The notes below the pieces were generated by a model. It saw only the letters and a list, made by a program, of their open reading frames with translations. It was not told the DNA's origin and did no database searches. A program made the position numbers and the translations under genes. Of a stretch of DNA of 43,004 nt, positions 1 through 10,159 are shown in pieces. The stretch lies in NCBI GenBank assembly GCA_963709405.1, contig CAVPXM010000040.1, positions 1 to 43,004 of the forward strand. The letters run 5' to 3'. Position 1 is the stretch's first letter. Each line of letters starts with the position of its first letter. The stretch comes from an uncultured Nitrososphaerales archaeon (GTDB lineage: Archaea > Thermoproteota > Nitrososphaeria > Nitrososphaerales > Nitrososphaeraceae).

Positions 1-625
1 TTATCGCAGGCCTTTGGCTATCCCATCTTTGTAGAATCCTGACAACTTGTCCACATTTCGAATTAATTGTCCCTGGAATCCTAACCAAACATGAATTTAT
101 AGTTGGGTGACGTTGAGGATTTCTTCTTTTTTATTCGTTAGAAAGTCTTCTGCAAATTGCATGAATTTACTGGTGTGATCTTTTCCATTAGGATCTAAAA
201 TTTTGCGATGTCTTCCTCTTCCAAAGATAAAGCCATCCATTGGTTGGTAAATATGATAGCCATTGCCGGTCCATAATACAGTAGGATGGCCATGCATAAT
301 AGTTTCGATTCTCTTTAAGAAATCTCTATTCATAGCTCTAACAAGTTTATCTTTCGATGCAAAGTCTTTAAGATTTATATCTATCATTAGAAAACTTGGC
401 GCAGTTCTATTAATACCATCATATTTGGTAAATGAAGGATATGCGTTAATCCTGCAATCTTCATAGTTTGATGCCCTAAAGTATTCAAGGACTTCCTGTA
501 TGTTGAACGCTACCTTTCTAGATTCAAGAGCTTTGGTCATTATATTCCTTGGGAAATGGGCTCTTGGAAGTGTGATAGTATGAAGTTTAGATTCTGGTCT
601 ACCTCATTTAATTTCTGACTACTAA
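1..625 (-). pseudogene. Archaeo-eukaryotic primase (AEP/prim-pol) family gene, frameshifted, runs off the window's left edge
   Basis: ORF 97..540 has MIDIN and PTVLWTGNGYHIYQP (AEP motifs I/II). Shifted frames supply an N-terminus (DQNLNFILSHFQEPI..PRNIMTK) and a C-terminal motif (SCLVRIPGTINSK at about 50-100). Start is approximate. Confidence 0.75.
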
Positions 626-715
626 GGGGGTAAATTTCTTTCTGTGAGGAGGTGAAAGAAATAATCTGTTAGAATGCTACCCAAAGATGCACGTGCATTA
701 TTTTCGGTGTTTTCT

Positions 716-1115
716 ACTTAGGAGTAGAGTTGGAGGATGGCATAGAAGCCTTTCATTAGTCTTAATTGCTTCTCTCCATCCATGACAAATGAAGAGTATT
801 TTCTCTCTCACTCAATAAGCTTGTCCACTACTTGATTTCGAATATCTCCGAACTCTAACCATAGCGGGTCTCCTTTCAAAAATGGTGTGTGAAATTGAAA
901 ACCTATCTTATTCGCCCTACCCTTCCATTCGTTTGTTTAATCTTCAATAATGGAGTAATTTAAGGCATTAATAGTCATTGTAATCCCGATATCTTTCCAC
1001 AATGGTTTGCCATTACGCTCCGGGGCCCGATGACATATAGTTTAAGATATTATGTTTGGTTGTTGAATAGGATCTCTTCCTCCAATCTTATCGTGTGTCT
1101 CTTCAGTACCATTTA
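716..1115 (-). pseudogene. Degenerate C-terminal part of a radical-SAM-like protein
   Basis: Manual translation with internal stops: GTEETHDKIGG..ITMTINALNYSIIED*..KIGFQFHTPFLKGDPLWLEFGDIRNQVVDKLIE*. No CxxxCxxC motif remains. Confidence 0.45.
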
Positions 1116-2334
1116 ACACGTGTTAACAATTTATTTTTAAATGAGTCCTAGAAATAGAGTTATTGACTAGTTTACTTGTAGTTGTTGTTTTGTTGTTGGC
1201 CTCAAGTTTTGTTCTGTCCAACTTGCGATACTAGTAATCTGATCCCTGTATTTGAGGTTTTATGGATAAACGCTAAACAAAGGTTTGGATTCATTCCAAA
1301 TACGGGCTCTGTAAAGTTAAGATAACAAATTATTGTTATGATGACTAACAAATAGATCCAACCATTTTTGTATGTGTTGCAATTTACACTTACTTTTTCT
1401 ACAAGGAATATAATCATCGAAATATTTTGTTCTATCTTTGATGTATTGTACCGTCCTTTCTCTCCAAATACGTCATGGACAAATACTTACGTTTCTTTCT
1501 GACTTGCTGAAATATTGCAAGAGAGTCTTCATCAATAGGTCTTTTGAAGATGTCATCGTGTATTAATGAGTTCTTATCTATAATATATGGCACTTGGCGC
1601 TCACCTCATGATAGAAATGAGCACATAAATTTTTTATCATCATTTTCTATGTATACCAAAGATGTATACCAAAGGTTTCAGTCTATACATCATGCCTATT
1701 GATTTCGAAAATATTTATAATCCGGCGCGCGGCACATCTGTATTAGAAGACACGCTTTTCCGACTTTATTCTAGATCTGATGAAATATCCGATATAATCT
1801 GATTTGGATTACGAGAGCCCATTATTCCTATGATTTAGCCAAGAGATTGTACAAGTATGGGTTTTCTGTCTTTAACTTTTCCAAACTTATCAGTAAATAT
1901 CCATTCTTCCTGGCAGAATTGATATTGTATTTGATGATGTAGTTAGGACTAACATCTAATCTTCTTACCTGGCTGCATTTATCTAACCAATTTCTGATTG
2001 TGTTATTGCCCCATCAGCAGAACATTTTTTGACGTTAATAAGGTAAGGAGATAAGATGCGTCACACAGCAGAGGAGTATATTCCGATAAAGATGAGTAGT
2101 GATGAAAGTGCAACATATGGAATTCCAACTATTCCAAATGGCGGATATGTTAGATTAGTGATGTTGATCAAATGATTGGAAGTAAATAATAGGATATATC
2201 CACAGCCTGTTGTGTGTTGATGTCTTTCCACCAATCAGCGATAGATCACATACACTAGTGCATTGCATCTTTGGTGCAGAGCAGAGCTGTCTTCGGAAGG
2301 CTAATTCTGTGATTGGTGCCCTCTAGCCTACTCA

Positions 2335-2649
2335 TCACTTGAGTCCGTCGCGCCAGGCTATAGCTTCGAGTTCTACTCTGACAGCGTCCTCGACGGCAAT
2401 CACGGGTCGAGCCTGAAATTCAAAGGCTGGGAAGGTCGAGCATACCTTGTGAACGGTCAACGGATCGTCGCAGTCAACTAGCATATGGCCACCCCACTCG
2501 CCTACTCGCACTACGAATGATTCGATCTTGAAATTTGCGGGCGCCTTCCAGTTACTGAATACCTCAAGTATCCGCTTCTGGGCATTCTCGTACTCCGCAG
2601 GCGAGCCTTGCGAGCGTTCGAACCAGCTGATCATGTACTTCATTGGCAT
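2335..2649 (-). CDS. DUF3303-like protein
   Basis: MKYMISW..GEWGGHMLVDCDDP..FPAFEFQARPVI pattern; visibly GC-richer than its flanks. Confidence 0.7.
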   Translation of the reverse strand: MPMKYMISWFERSQGSPAEYENAQKRILEVFSNWKAPANFKIESFVVRVGEWGGHMLVDCDDPLTVHKVCSTFPAFEFQARPVIAVEDAVRVELEAIAWRDGLK

Positions 2650-2754
2650 GTTCCTCTATTGTCAACGTGTTTCATTCTAACATCTCCTCTTGTATTGTCT
2701 AATAAGGGTTATCTTCAGTGCCATTAGTCATTATATGCAATATGTGCACGCAAC

Positions 2755-2913
2755 ATGAGTAATAAATCAGCCATAGATGGAAGAAGACAAAAGCTATTTG
2801 CTCTTTTGACTAGGGGAATGAAGGGCTATGAGATAGCTAAAGAATTGGGAGTTGATTCTGCTACTGTATCAAGAGATATTAAATATCTCGCTTTGATTAT
2901 GAAAAGAAATTGA
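2755..2913 (+). pseudogene. Short or truncated HTH protein (52 aa), not in the ORF track
   Basis: MSNKSAIDGRRQKLFALLTRGMKGYEIAKELGVDSATVSRDIKYLALIMKRN*, a clear HTH signature. Confidence 0.65.
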
Positions 2914-3134
2914 CGAGCCCTCTCTCAATTTTGTCTCAAATTGTTCACCTATATGTATATGCATACCATTAGAGTGCAGCTTAGCTTTAAGATTAACTCA
3001 AAGTCTATATGCTAACTGTCTGGTGATAAACCGCTTTTCTGCTATATGAACAAATAAAAAATTGTCAAAGAAGAAATAAAGGGATAATCATATTCCGTAA
3101 TTCTTTTTATAAGACACAATAATTCACTTCTTAT

Positions 3135-3524
3135 ATGAGTTACGAGGAAACAATTAAGGATATTGAAAAAACATTCGGTACCGTTCCAGGCTTTATGAAA
3201 GAAACGCCAAAAGATATACTTTCGCAGGTGTGGCCCTTGTTTAGGAAATATCAGTTAGGGGAATCTATTATACCACAAAAATATCGAGAAATGATGATGT
3301 TGGCCGCTACTGCAGCCGCGAAGTGTCCTTACTGCCAAACATATCATAAAGAGGTTTCAAAGATGTGGGGTGCAACTGATGATGAACTGAAGGAATTGGC
3401 AGCCGTAGTCGCATTGACTGCCTTCTGGAGTAATGTCTTACACACACAGAACTACGAATATGACACATTTGTAAAAGAACTAAAGCAGATGGGCGAGTAC
3501 ATGACAAAGAACAAGAACCAATAG
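3135..3524 (+). CDS. Carboxymuconolactone decarboxylase / AhpD family protein
   Basis: FGTVPGF and KYREMMMLAATAAAKCPYCQTYH (CxxC..H). Confidence 0.88.
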   Translation: MSYEETIKDIEKTFGTVPGFMKETPKDILSQVWPLFRKYQLGESIIPQKYREMMMLAATAAAKCPYCQTYHKEVSKMWGATDDELKELAAVVALTAFWSNVLHTQNYEYDTFVKELKQMGEYMTKNKNQ

Positions 3525-3681
3525 TTCTTATTTCTTGGTACTATCTTTTTATGAAAATAGTCTTCTCCTTATCTATCCTTCCCTCGAGTTCCAGAACCGT
3601 TTAGAAATACAACTACAAGATGACCGAGGCCGCAGTATCTTAGATAAGGACTATTTGGAGTTAAGATGACATCCTCGGTGT

Positions 3682-5883
3682 TTATTCTTTGTCTATGAAT
3701 TCATCTGGGGTCGGGGGCTCTGGATTTAAACCCTTTCTTTTTCTTATCTCCAATATCAAATTCTTGAATATTGATTGTGGAACAGGCTGCCATGTCTTAA
3801 AAAATGTATTCCACATAGCTTTACCTGCAGTTCCTCCTCGCATAACCTCTGAAAGATCAAATGTTTCAGATGCTGGAACTTCGCCTTGAATAATTGAAAT
3901 GACTCCCTTTTGTTCCACGTTCAAGAGCTTGCCTCTTTTACCTGATAATATGCCAGCTACAGTACCAATTTGCTCCTGCGGGCATTTGATCTCAATACCA
4001 AGCAAGGGTTCAAGCAATACTGGATCTGCAATTAACATAGATCCTAGCATAGCTCTTCTAGTCGCAGGCATTAATTGCGCTAGACCTCTGTGAGCTGGAT
4101 CCTCGTGTGGCACAAAGTGATGTAACACAAATTTGACACCCCTTACCGACTCGTGAGCGATGGGGCCAGAATGAAGTACATCATCGAAACCAGATTTGAT
4201 AGAATCCATAGATTCTTGGATAAACTGTACACCTTTAGTTTCATCAATTAGTATGTTCCCACTTACATCCAACGCTGCAACACTCCTAGCCTCGTCTGCG
4301 CTCCAACCCTTTTCTCTAAGGATCTTTGCCATTTCTTTCCTATCCATGTCCTCCTTTACATGTCCAGATCTAATCAAATCGACTATATTTTCATCAAGCG
4401 GCTCTACTCGCATGAAAATCTTATTATGCTTATTAGGCGATTTGCTCATTATCGGTCCAGCTTTGGAACGTATTGTTTCGCGATAATTTATCAACGGTTG
4501 AGTGGTTGTTATGTCAAGGCCTGCTTCTTGTAGCAACGAAGTAGCGATCTCAAGGTGTAATACTCCCATTCCAGCCATCAAGGTTTCGCCAGTTTCTTCG
4601 TTAATCTTAACTATCAAATTTGGATCCTCCACAGTGATCCTGCGCAAGGCTTCGACCAATTTAGGCAGATCTTTTGGATGTTTTGGTTCCACTGCAATAG
4701 TAACCACTGGTTCTGAAACATATTTGATTGATTCGAATGCTGGAATACTTTTTACGCTAGAAATGGTCTCACCAGCAACTGCGTAATCGAGTCCAAGTAG
4801 TGCAGGGATATTCCCTGCGGGTAACATATTTACGACTTCCCTAGTATTACCCATGTATATGTTCACAGACTGAACTTTTCCTAGTCTCTTAGCGTCAATC
4901 AGACGTACCTCGTCGCCATCCTTAATCGTACCGGAGAAAAGTCGTCCAGTCGCCACTCTTCCAGCCTGTGGATCTACGTTTATCGTTGTTACCATCATAG
5001 TAACTGGGCCGTTTTCATCGCATGTAAGGAGAGACCTTCCAATTTCTGAGTCTAGATCACCTGGCCAAATCTTAGGTATTCTATATTTTTGAGCTACGTG
5101 TGGCGGAGGATGATGTTGTACAACCATTCCCAAAATTGCTTCATGCAATGGAGCACTTTCTGCCAGTGTTTTTATTGCATCTGGATTATCAGATGTATAT
5201 GCATCATAAACATCTTTGAAACCGATCCCTTTTTTCTGAGCAATCTTATAGTTAAATCCCCATCTATCCTTTGCTGAACCGAATGCAACACTATTTCCTT
5301 GTATACTAACCTTCCATATTTCTTTAAGTTCAGGCTCTGCATAAATGTCAATTAGTCTATTGAATTCGGCAATTATGTTCGAAAGCCATCTCTGCATTTC
5401 AGCTGGATTTAATCTTAATTCCTTTACCAATCTGTCAATTTTATTTATGTATAAAACTGGCCTTACTCTTTCCTCAAGCGCCTGCCTTGTTACAGTCTCA
5501 GTCTGAGTCATAATTCCTTCAACAGAATCTGATACGACTACCACGCCGTCAATTGCTCGAAGTGCTCGCGTAACTCTTCCTGTAAAATCAATATGGCCAG
5601 GAGTGTCGATCATATTGATCACATATTCTTTTCCCTCACTTTCGTAAAATAATGTAACATTTGCACCACGAATTGTCATCTGTCTATTCTGTTCAAGTTT
5701 CATTGAATCTAATGCTAGTGCTTGTCCTGCAACTGAAGGAGAAATGATACCAGATGCTGCTAAGAGACTATCGCTCATCGTAGTCTTACCATGATCAACG
5801 TGTGCAATAACACCAAAATTACGAATTTGGTCTTTATTACCAACAATTCTAATGATATCCTGTGTCGATTTAAATTTAGGCAT
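3682..5883 (-). CDS. fusA: Archaeal translation elongation factor 2 (aEF-2)
   Basis: AHVDHGKTT, RQMTI, DTPGH and NKID GTPase motifs; HEDPAHRG diphthamide loop; 733 aa. Confidence 0.98.
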   Translation of the reverse strand: MPKFKSTQDIIRIVGNKDQIRNFGVIAHVDHGKTTMSDSLLAASGIISPSVAGQALALDSMKLEQNRQMTIRGANVTLFYESEGKEYVINMIDTPGHIDFTGRVTRALRAIDGVVVVSDSVEGIMTQTETVTRQALEERVRPVLYINKIDRLVKELRLNPAEMQRWLSNIIAEFNRLIDIYAEPELKEIWKVSIQGNSVAFGSAKDRWGFNYKIAQKKGIGFKDVYDAYTSDNPDAIKTLAESAPLHEAILGMVVQHHPPPHVAQKYRIPKIWPGDLDSEIGRSLLTCDENGPVTMMVTTINVDPQAGRVATGRLFSGTIKDGDEVRLIDAKRLGKVQSVNIYMGNTREVVNMLPAGNIPALLGLDYAVAGETISSVKSIPAFESIKYVSEPVVTIAVEPKHPKDLPKLVEALRRITVEDPNLIVKINEETGETLMAGMGVLHLEIATSLLQEAGLDITTTQPLINYRETIRSKAGPIMSKSPNKHNKIFMRVEPLDENIVDLIRSGHVKEDMDRKEMAKILREKGWSADEARSVAALDVSGNILIDETKGVQFIQESMDSIKSGFDDVLHSGPIAHESVRGVKFVLHHFVPHEDPAHRGLAQLMPATRRAMLGSMLIADPVLLEPLLGIEIKCPQEQIGTVAGILSGKRGKLLNVEQKGVISIIQGEVPASETFDLSEVMRGGTAGKAMWNTFFKTWQPVPQSIFKNLILEIRKRKGLNPEPPTPDEFIDKE

Positions 5884-5910
5884 TCAACCGGGAAAATTTT
5901 CGTTGGAGGA

Positions 5911-5918
5911 TTATTAAA
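5911..5918 (-). promoter_or_regulatory. Putative TATA box for EF-2
   Basis: TTTAATAA on the minus strand about 28-35 nt upstream of the ATG. Confidence 0.4.
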
Positions 5919-6087
5919 CGTTCCTTATTAAGAAGAAAAGCGTGGTTTTATCTGTACTACAATAAACTCATACAAATATGACTATTACTCGATAATAGCA
6001 TTAAATAGACAAGGGGATTTTGCAACTTGTTCCATCTATCACGATAAGATTAGATAATTCTAAGCAAAATTTTTTCTTGGTCGATAA

Positions 6088-6363
6088 TTAACCAGAACTG
6101 AACGTTGGTGTTGATAGTGTTTTTGTTGATGGTGAGTTATCCTTGATACATACAACTCCTGAAACCAAGTGATATCCAGAAGGACATCCTCCACCCGGGA
6201 GTGGGTGTACCACTATTGGCAAATTTGATGTCGTTTTGCCTGCATCTTCAGTATTATTTGTCTGTGATGATGGTGTTTTAGTAGGTTCATCCTTCTCACA
6301 GATACTACTACCGCCTGAGTCGGTGATTAAATCCCATCCAAGTTGACAAGTGCCACCTACCAT
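6088..6363 (-). CDS. Small Cys- and Thr/Ser-rich hypothetical protein, possibly 5'-truncated
   Basis: Two C-x-x-G-[WY]..C modules (CQLGW..IC, CPSGY..VC) separated by T/S/P-rich linkers. Confidence 0.5.
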   Translation of the reverse strand: MVGGTCQLGWDLITDSGGSSICEKDEPTKTPSSQTNNTEDAGKTTSNLPIVVHPLPGGGCPSGYHLVSGVVCIKDNSPSTKTLSTPTFSSG

Positions 6364-7012
6364 TACAAACCATATTATGTTCGTAGAAACTTAAACAAAA
6401 TAACATCAGTTCTTTTCTGTCGAGGCCTCACAGACAACAAACTAAGAAGTAAACATTACTATCTGTTTTTGATTATTTTTGATTACGTAATTTTTCTTCT
6501 ATATCTGTTACTAGGTAATTAGTTGGTATAAAGTGGTTTATATCAAATTAAAGCATTGCTGCTGAAAACTTGAGTCATTGAGCAAACCAAATTTGGGCTC
6601 GAGCCCAATGGCGACGGAAGTATCTCCACATATTTGATTGTGTAATATTCTATTAATAAATCCATGGTGTAATACCAAAGGTTTGTTTAAACTCGGCTAC
6701 AAATACTGCCATCGGTGGTAGTCGCAAAGCAAACACTTGTTGCAATAGGATAACCCAACAATCGTATACAGATATTCTGGGAGAATATAATATTTTTGCA
6801 ATATTCTATATAATTATATAAAATATGGGTTAACTAAAGTGGGACATTTTTTCTTAAGAATCCTCTCTAGATTAAATAATGACTAGGTTATTCGCGGGTG
6901 TTAGAAGGTACAAGGTTCAATTCTATAGATAAGATCTTGAAATCGTACCAAACTTTAATTTCTATACTAATCTATAACTACTCCACCTATCTTTGATTAA
7001 ATGTTGTACTTT

Positions 7013-7759
7013 TTAACAACTAGTTATCTTTCGGAATTTACAACTTCTTTCTCTATAGATCCATCTCTTATGTAAATAGATCTGTCTGTTCTTGCCAAGA
7101 TCAGGATTGTGTGTTACCATAATTATCGTCCTTCTAAATTTATTTGAAAGCATTGTAAGTAATCTAAATACGTCTTCTCCAGTTTTTGTATCCAAATTAC
7201 CTGTTGGCTCATCAGCAAGAATTATTTTTGGATTATTCATCAGTGCCCTTGCTATAGCTACTCTTTGCTGTTGACCGCCACTCAAATTAATTGGTTTGTA
7301 TCTAGCCTTGTCTAGCATTCCTAGGAAACGCAATAATTTTAATGCGCGCCTTTTTCTGTCACTATCAGTCATACCACCTGTGATGCCAGGAAATTCTACG
7401 TTTTTTAGTACAGTACTTCTATTAATCAAATTATAAGATTGAAAGATAAAGCCTATTGTGTCATTTCTCAAGGTCGAGAGTTGAGAATCATTTAGCGAAA
7501 ATATATCAAGTCCATTAATGAATACTTTACCCGAATTTGGTCTATCTAACGCTCCTATCATATTAAGTAATGTGCTTTTTCCGCTGCCTGAAGGACCGAT
7601 AATGGAGACTAACTCACCTTTACCTGCTGAGAAGCTAACATTTCTTAGAGATATTACACTTCCCATCGAAGAAGTATAGATCTTGGTTAGGTTCTCCACT
7701 CTTAGAGTTTCAGGCGTGTAATCTAAGGTTATATTTTTCTTAAAATCGATATCAGACAT
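7013..7759 (-). CDS. ABC transporter ATP-binding protein (LolD/MacB/SalX type), frameshift near the 3' end
   Basis: GPSGSGKST, LSGGQQQR, LADEPTGNLD, MVTH. The expected tail (TDRSIYIRDGSIEKEVV*) is in another frame after about 7095. Confidence 0.92.
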   Translation of the reverse strand: MSDIDFKKNITLDYTPETLRVENLTKIYTSSMGSVISLRNVSFSAGKGELVSIIGPSGSGKSTLLNMIGALDRPNSGKVFINGLDIFSLNDSQLSTLRNDTIGFIFQSYNLINRSTVLKNVEFPGITGGMTDSDRKRRALKLLRFLGMLDKARYKPINLSGGQQQRVAIARALMNNPKIILADEPTGNLDTKTGEDVFRLLTMLSNKFRRTIIMVTHNPDLGKNRQIYLHKRWIYRERSCKFRKITSC

Positions 7760-7809
7760 TTTTTAGCATTAGATAGTAGGTATTAGTGATCATTATTGCC
7801 CAGATAAAA

Positions 7810-8402
7810 TTAAACTACGGCTAATCTCCCACAGAATCCCATTACTGCTCCGAAGGCTAGGTGCAAAGCTAAAGATCCATATATTATGGTGTTTGAGAGC
7901 TTTAGAAGGTGATTTGCTAATGAGTAGACTGCACTATTGGGACCTTGAGTGTTTACAATATTCTGAAGGTCGGGTTGGATGACCAAAGCATTTATTGGTA
8001 TGAAAAGAACCCTCCGGACAATAATTCCCGCGAGTATGCCAGTACCTAAACCTTTGGGTACAGAAGTAATGTGTAATTTCTTCACATTGTTGGAAATAGA
8101 ACTATATATTATTCCAATGATTGCAGCAGTTACCATGTAAAGGAAAAATCCCGCATCCATAGCATAAACCGAACTTGTGTCAAAAGCTAGTCCAATCATT
8201 TGATAGAATGTACCTGGTGGAAGGTGTGGTCAGAATCAATTGCCAAAAATATTCCAAATATAGTCCAGGCTGCAACTATGCCGGCAATCAGTCCTGAAGG
8301 TCGTTTCCAACTTGTCGTCGACTTAACAACTTGGTAGAATCGGCTTAGAATTGAATTCATGTTAATTGTACATACATACACAGTTATAATATTTAGATTC
8401 AT
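7810..8402 (-). CDS. Multi-pass membrane protein split by a frameshift (ORFs 8196..8402 and 7810..8199)
   Basis: Overlapping hydrophobic ORFs directly upstream of the ABC ATPase on the same strand. Confidence 0.6.
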
Positions 8403-8928
8403 CCTGTCATAATCATATTGATGATCAATGTTTCCTATGATAGCATAAGATTATTACTGAATATAATGAATTCTATTATATATTTTGTATTTGCTATTGG
8501 ATTGATGATCCCTATACTACACCCTATTACACATCATATCGAAGTATTTCATCTAAAAAAGGATACGTGAGCTAAGATAAGCAATTGGAGACAGCCAAAT
8601 CACGTGTACTAATAGCACATGCATAATGAATGCAAATAGCTGATACATATTACATATTTTTAGGGTTTAGTGCACGAACAATCTGTCTGTGTTCTCGTAT
8701 CTGGATTTTTACTATCAAGGATGGTTATTTTAACATCCCAGTGATTTTAAGAGGATTAAAGAACGGAACGCTCGATTACTGATATAGTGTCTATCATTCA
8801 GACTAGTAACCCGGTTTATGAGAATCAGACCAAATATGCTATGACCTACTGAATAAGACAGAAGTAGATTAAGTCGTACCATATTTTGAATGCTTAATAC
8901 ATTATGAACTCACATGTTCTGCTATTAA

Positions 8929-8944
8929 TAACCTATCCGAAAAG
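8929..8944 (+). repeat. Solitary IS5-type terminal motif
   Basis: TAA|TAACCTATCCGAAAAG versus TAA|GAACCTATCCGAGAG at 9169-9186: shared AACCTATCCGA and the same preceding TAA. Confidence 0.6.
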
Positions 8945-8952
8945 TAGTTGAG

Positions 8953-9171
8953 GTTGTAATTTGACTAATATGGGATTGAAACAATGACTAGGCGGTGTAT
9001 CATCGTCTCCGCCTAGATGGTTGTAATTTGACTAATATAGGATTGAAACACCCCTGACGATCTCCTTAGTAACGTCAAATCTGTGCAGTTGTAATTTGAC
9101 TAATATAGGATTGAAACATCATGAAAGAACTAATGTTAGATATCGAGGGTGAACCGTTGTAATTTGACTAA
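8953..9171 (+). CRISPR. CRISPR mini-array: 3 full repeats, 1 truncated repeat, 3 spacers
   Basis: Repeat GTTGTAATTTGACTAATATAGGATTGAAAC (30 bp) at 8953-8982 (one A>G), 9020-9049 and 9088-9117; partial copy at 9156-9171. Unique spacers of 37, 38 and 38 bp. The 3' ATTGAAAC end is typical of Cas6-processed class 1 repeats. Confidence 0.95.
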
Positions 9172-9995
9172 GAACCTATCCGAGAGTTCCTGCTCTTCTG
9201 TAAGTGATCCAAGCACAAGTAAAATGTAACATCGCAATATGGTTCTCTACCTATTTCTCCCATCTAATTAACAAACGTCTAAACCGGTTCATCCAAGAAT
9301 GAGTCCTTTCAAAGACGCATCGTCTAGCTCTATATTTAGGTAATTTTTCTCTTTTTATGTTGCTTGTTTCTTCTCCTCTTAATCGGATGTGAATTGTATA
9401 ACCATACTCTTCTTCTAGTATTTCGTATACTTCAGGAAAGTCATAACCCTTGTCAAGGCACATGTGCTGCTTTGATCTGATTGTTGGTTCAGGTCTATAG
9501 ATTACTACTATACTCTGAAGTGTTGCTTTACTCATTTTCATATCATCTCTGTCTGTTAGCACCATCTACGTATACACCAATAGGAACTCCTTTACCATCT
9601 ACCACCAATATACTACGCTTTGTACCTGATTTACTTCTGTCTGTCTGTGTGAGGGATTTGGTCCTGTACTTTTTTCCCCAAGAGGTACTTTTGTAATAAC
9701 ACCACCATCCATAGCCTGCCATTTCCAATCTATTCTATTATTTTAATCATATACTGACAATCCATCGATCCACATGCGTTTGAATACACCTTCTTTCCTC
9801 CACTCTTGGAATCTATCTATCATGTACTGTACTTAAAGTGTTAAGACTTCTTGGTAGAGCATTCCATTGACATCCAGTTCTTAAGATGTAGAAAATAGCA
9901 CTCATGGCCGTCCTGTCATTCATTCTTGGACGACCAGTCTTTTTTCTATTCCAATGTATTGATGATGGTGACGGTAGCAATGCAATGATTCTGTC
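9172..9995 (-). mobile_element. IS5-family element, degenerate, left end missing
   Basis: Fragments GRPRMNDRTAMSAIFYILRTGCQWNALP, GTKRSILVVDGKGVPIG, LDKGYD, FERTHSWMNRFRRLLIRWEK*. The final stop (9176-9178) lies within the terminal repeat GAACCTATCCGA. Several frameshifts and stops. Confidence 0.9.
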
Positions 9996-10015
9996 TGCCC
10001 CTTACAATATCAGGT

Positions 10016-10145
10016 ATGCAGTACGATGAACCAAAAATTAGTAGATACTATTCAATATTACTCAATACAATGGCGACAATAGCACATAATTTTGGGGCAA
10101 AAATAATCAACAATGCAGGAGATGGGTTGATATATTATTTTCCAT
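10016..10145 (+). pseudogene. Class III adenylate/guanylate cyclase fragment
   Basis: YYSILLNTMATIAHNFGAKIINNAGDGLIYYFP resembles the cyclase GD motif region; both ends are absent. Confidence 0.6.
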
Positions 10146-10159
10146 TTTCGTCTGTTATG

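Noticed and set aside
6593-6608. Perfect 16-bp palindrome TTGGGCTCGAGCCCAA
   Set aside because: Single copy with no associated gene start or element.
6878-6887. AATGACTAGG matches the first 10 nt of CRISPR spacer 1 (possible regulatory self-target)
   Set aside because: The match stops at 10 nt, which is plausible by chance in 43 kb, and it is not at an evident promoter.
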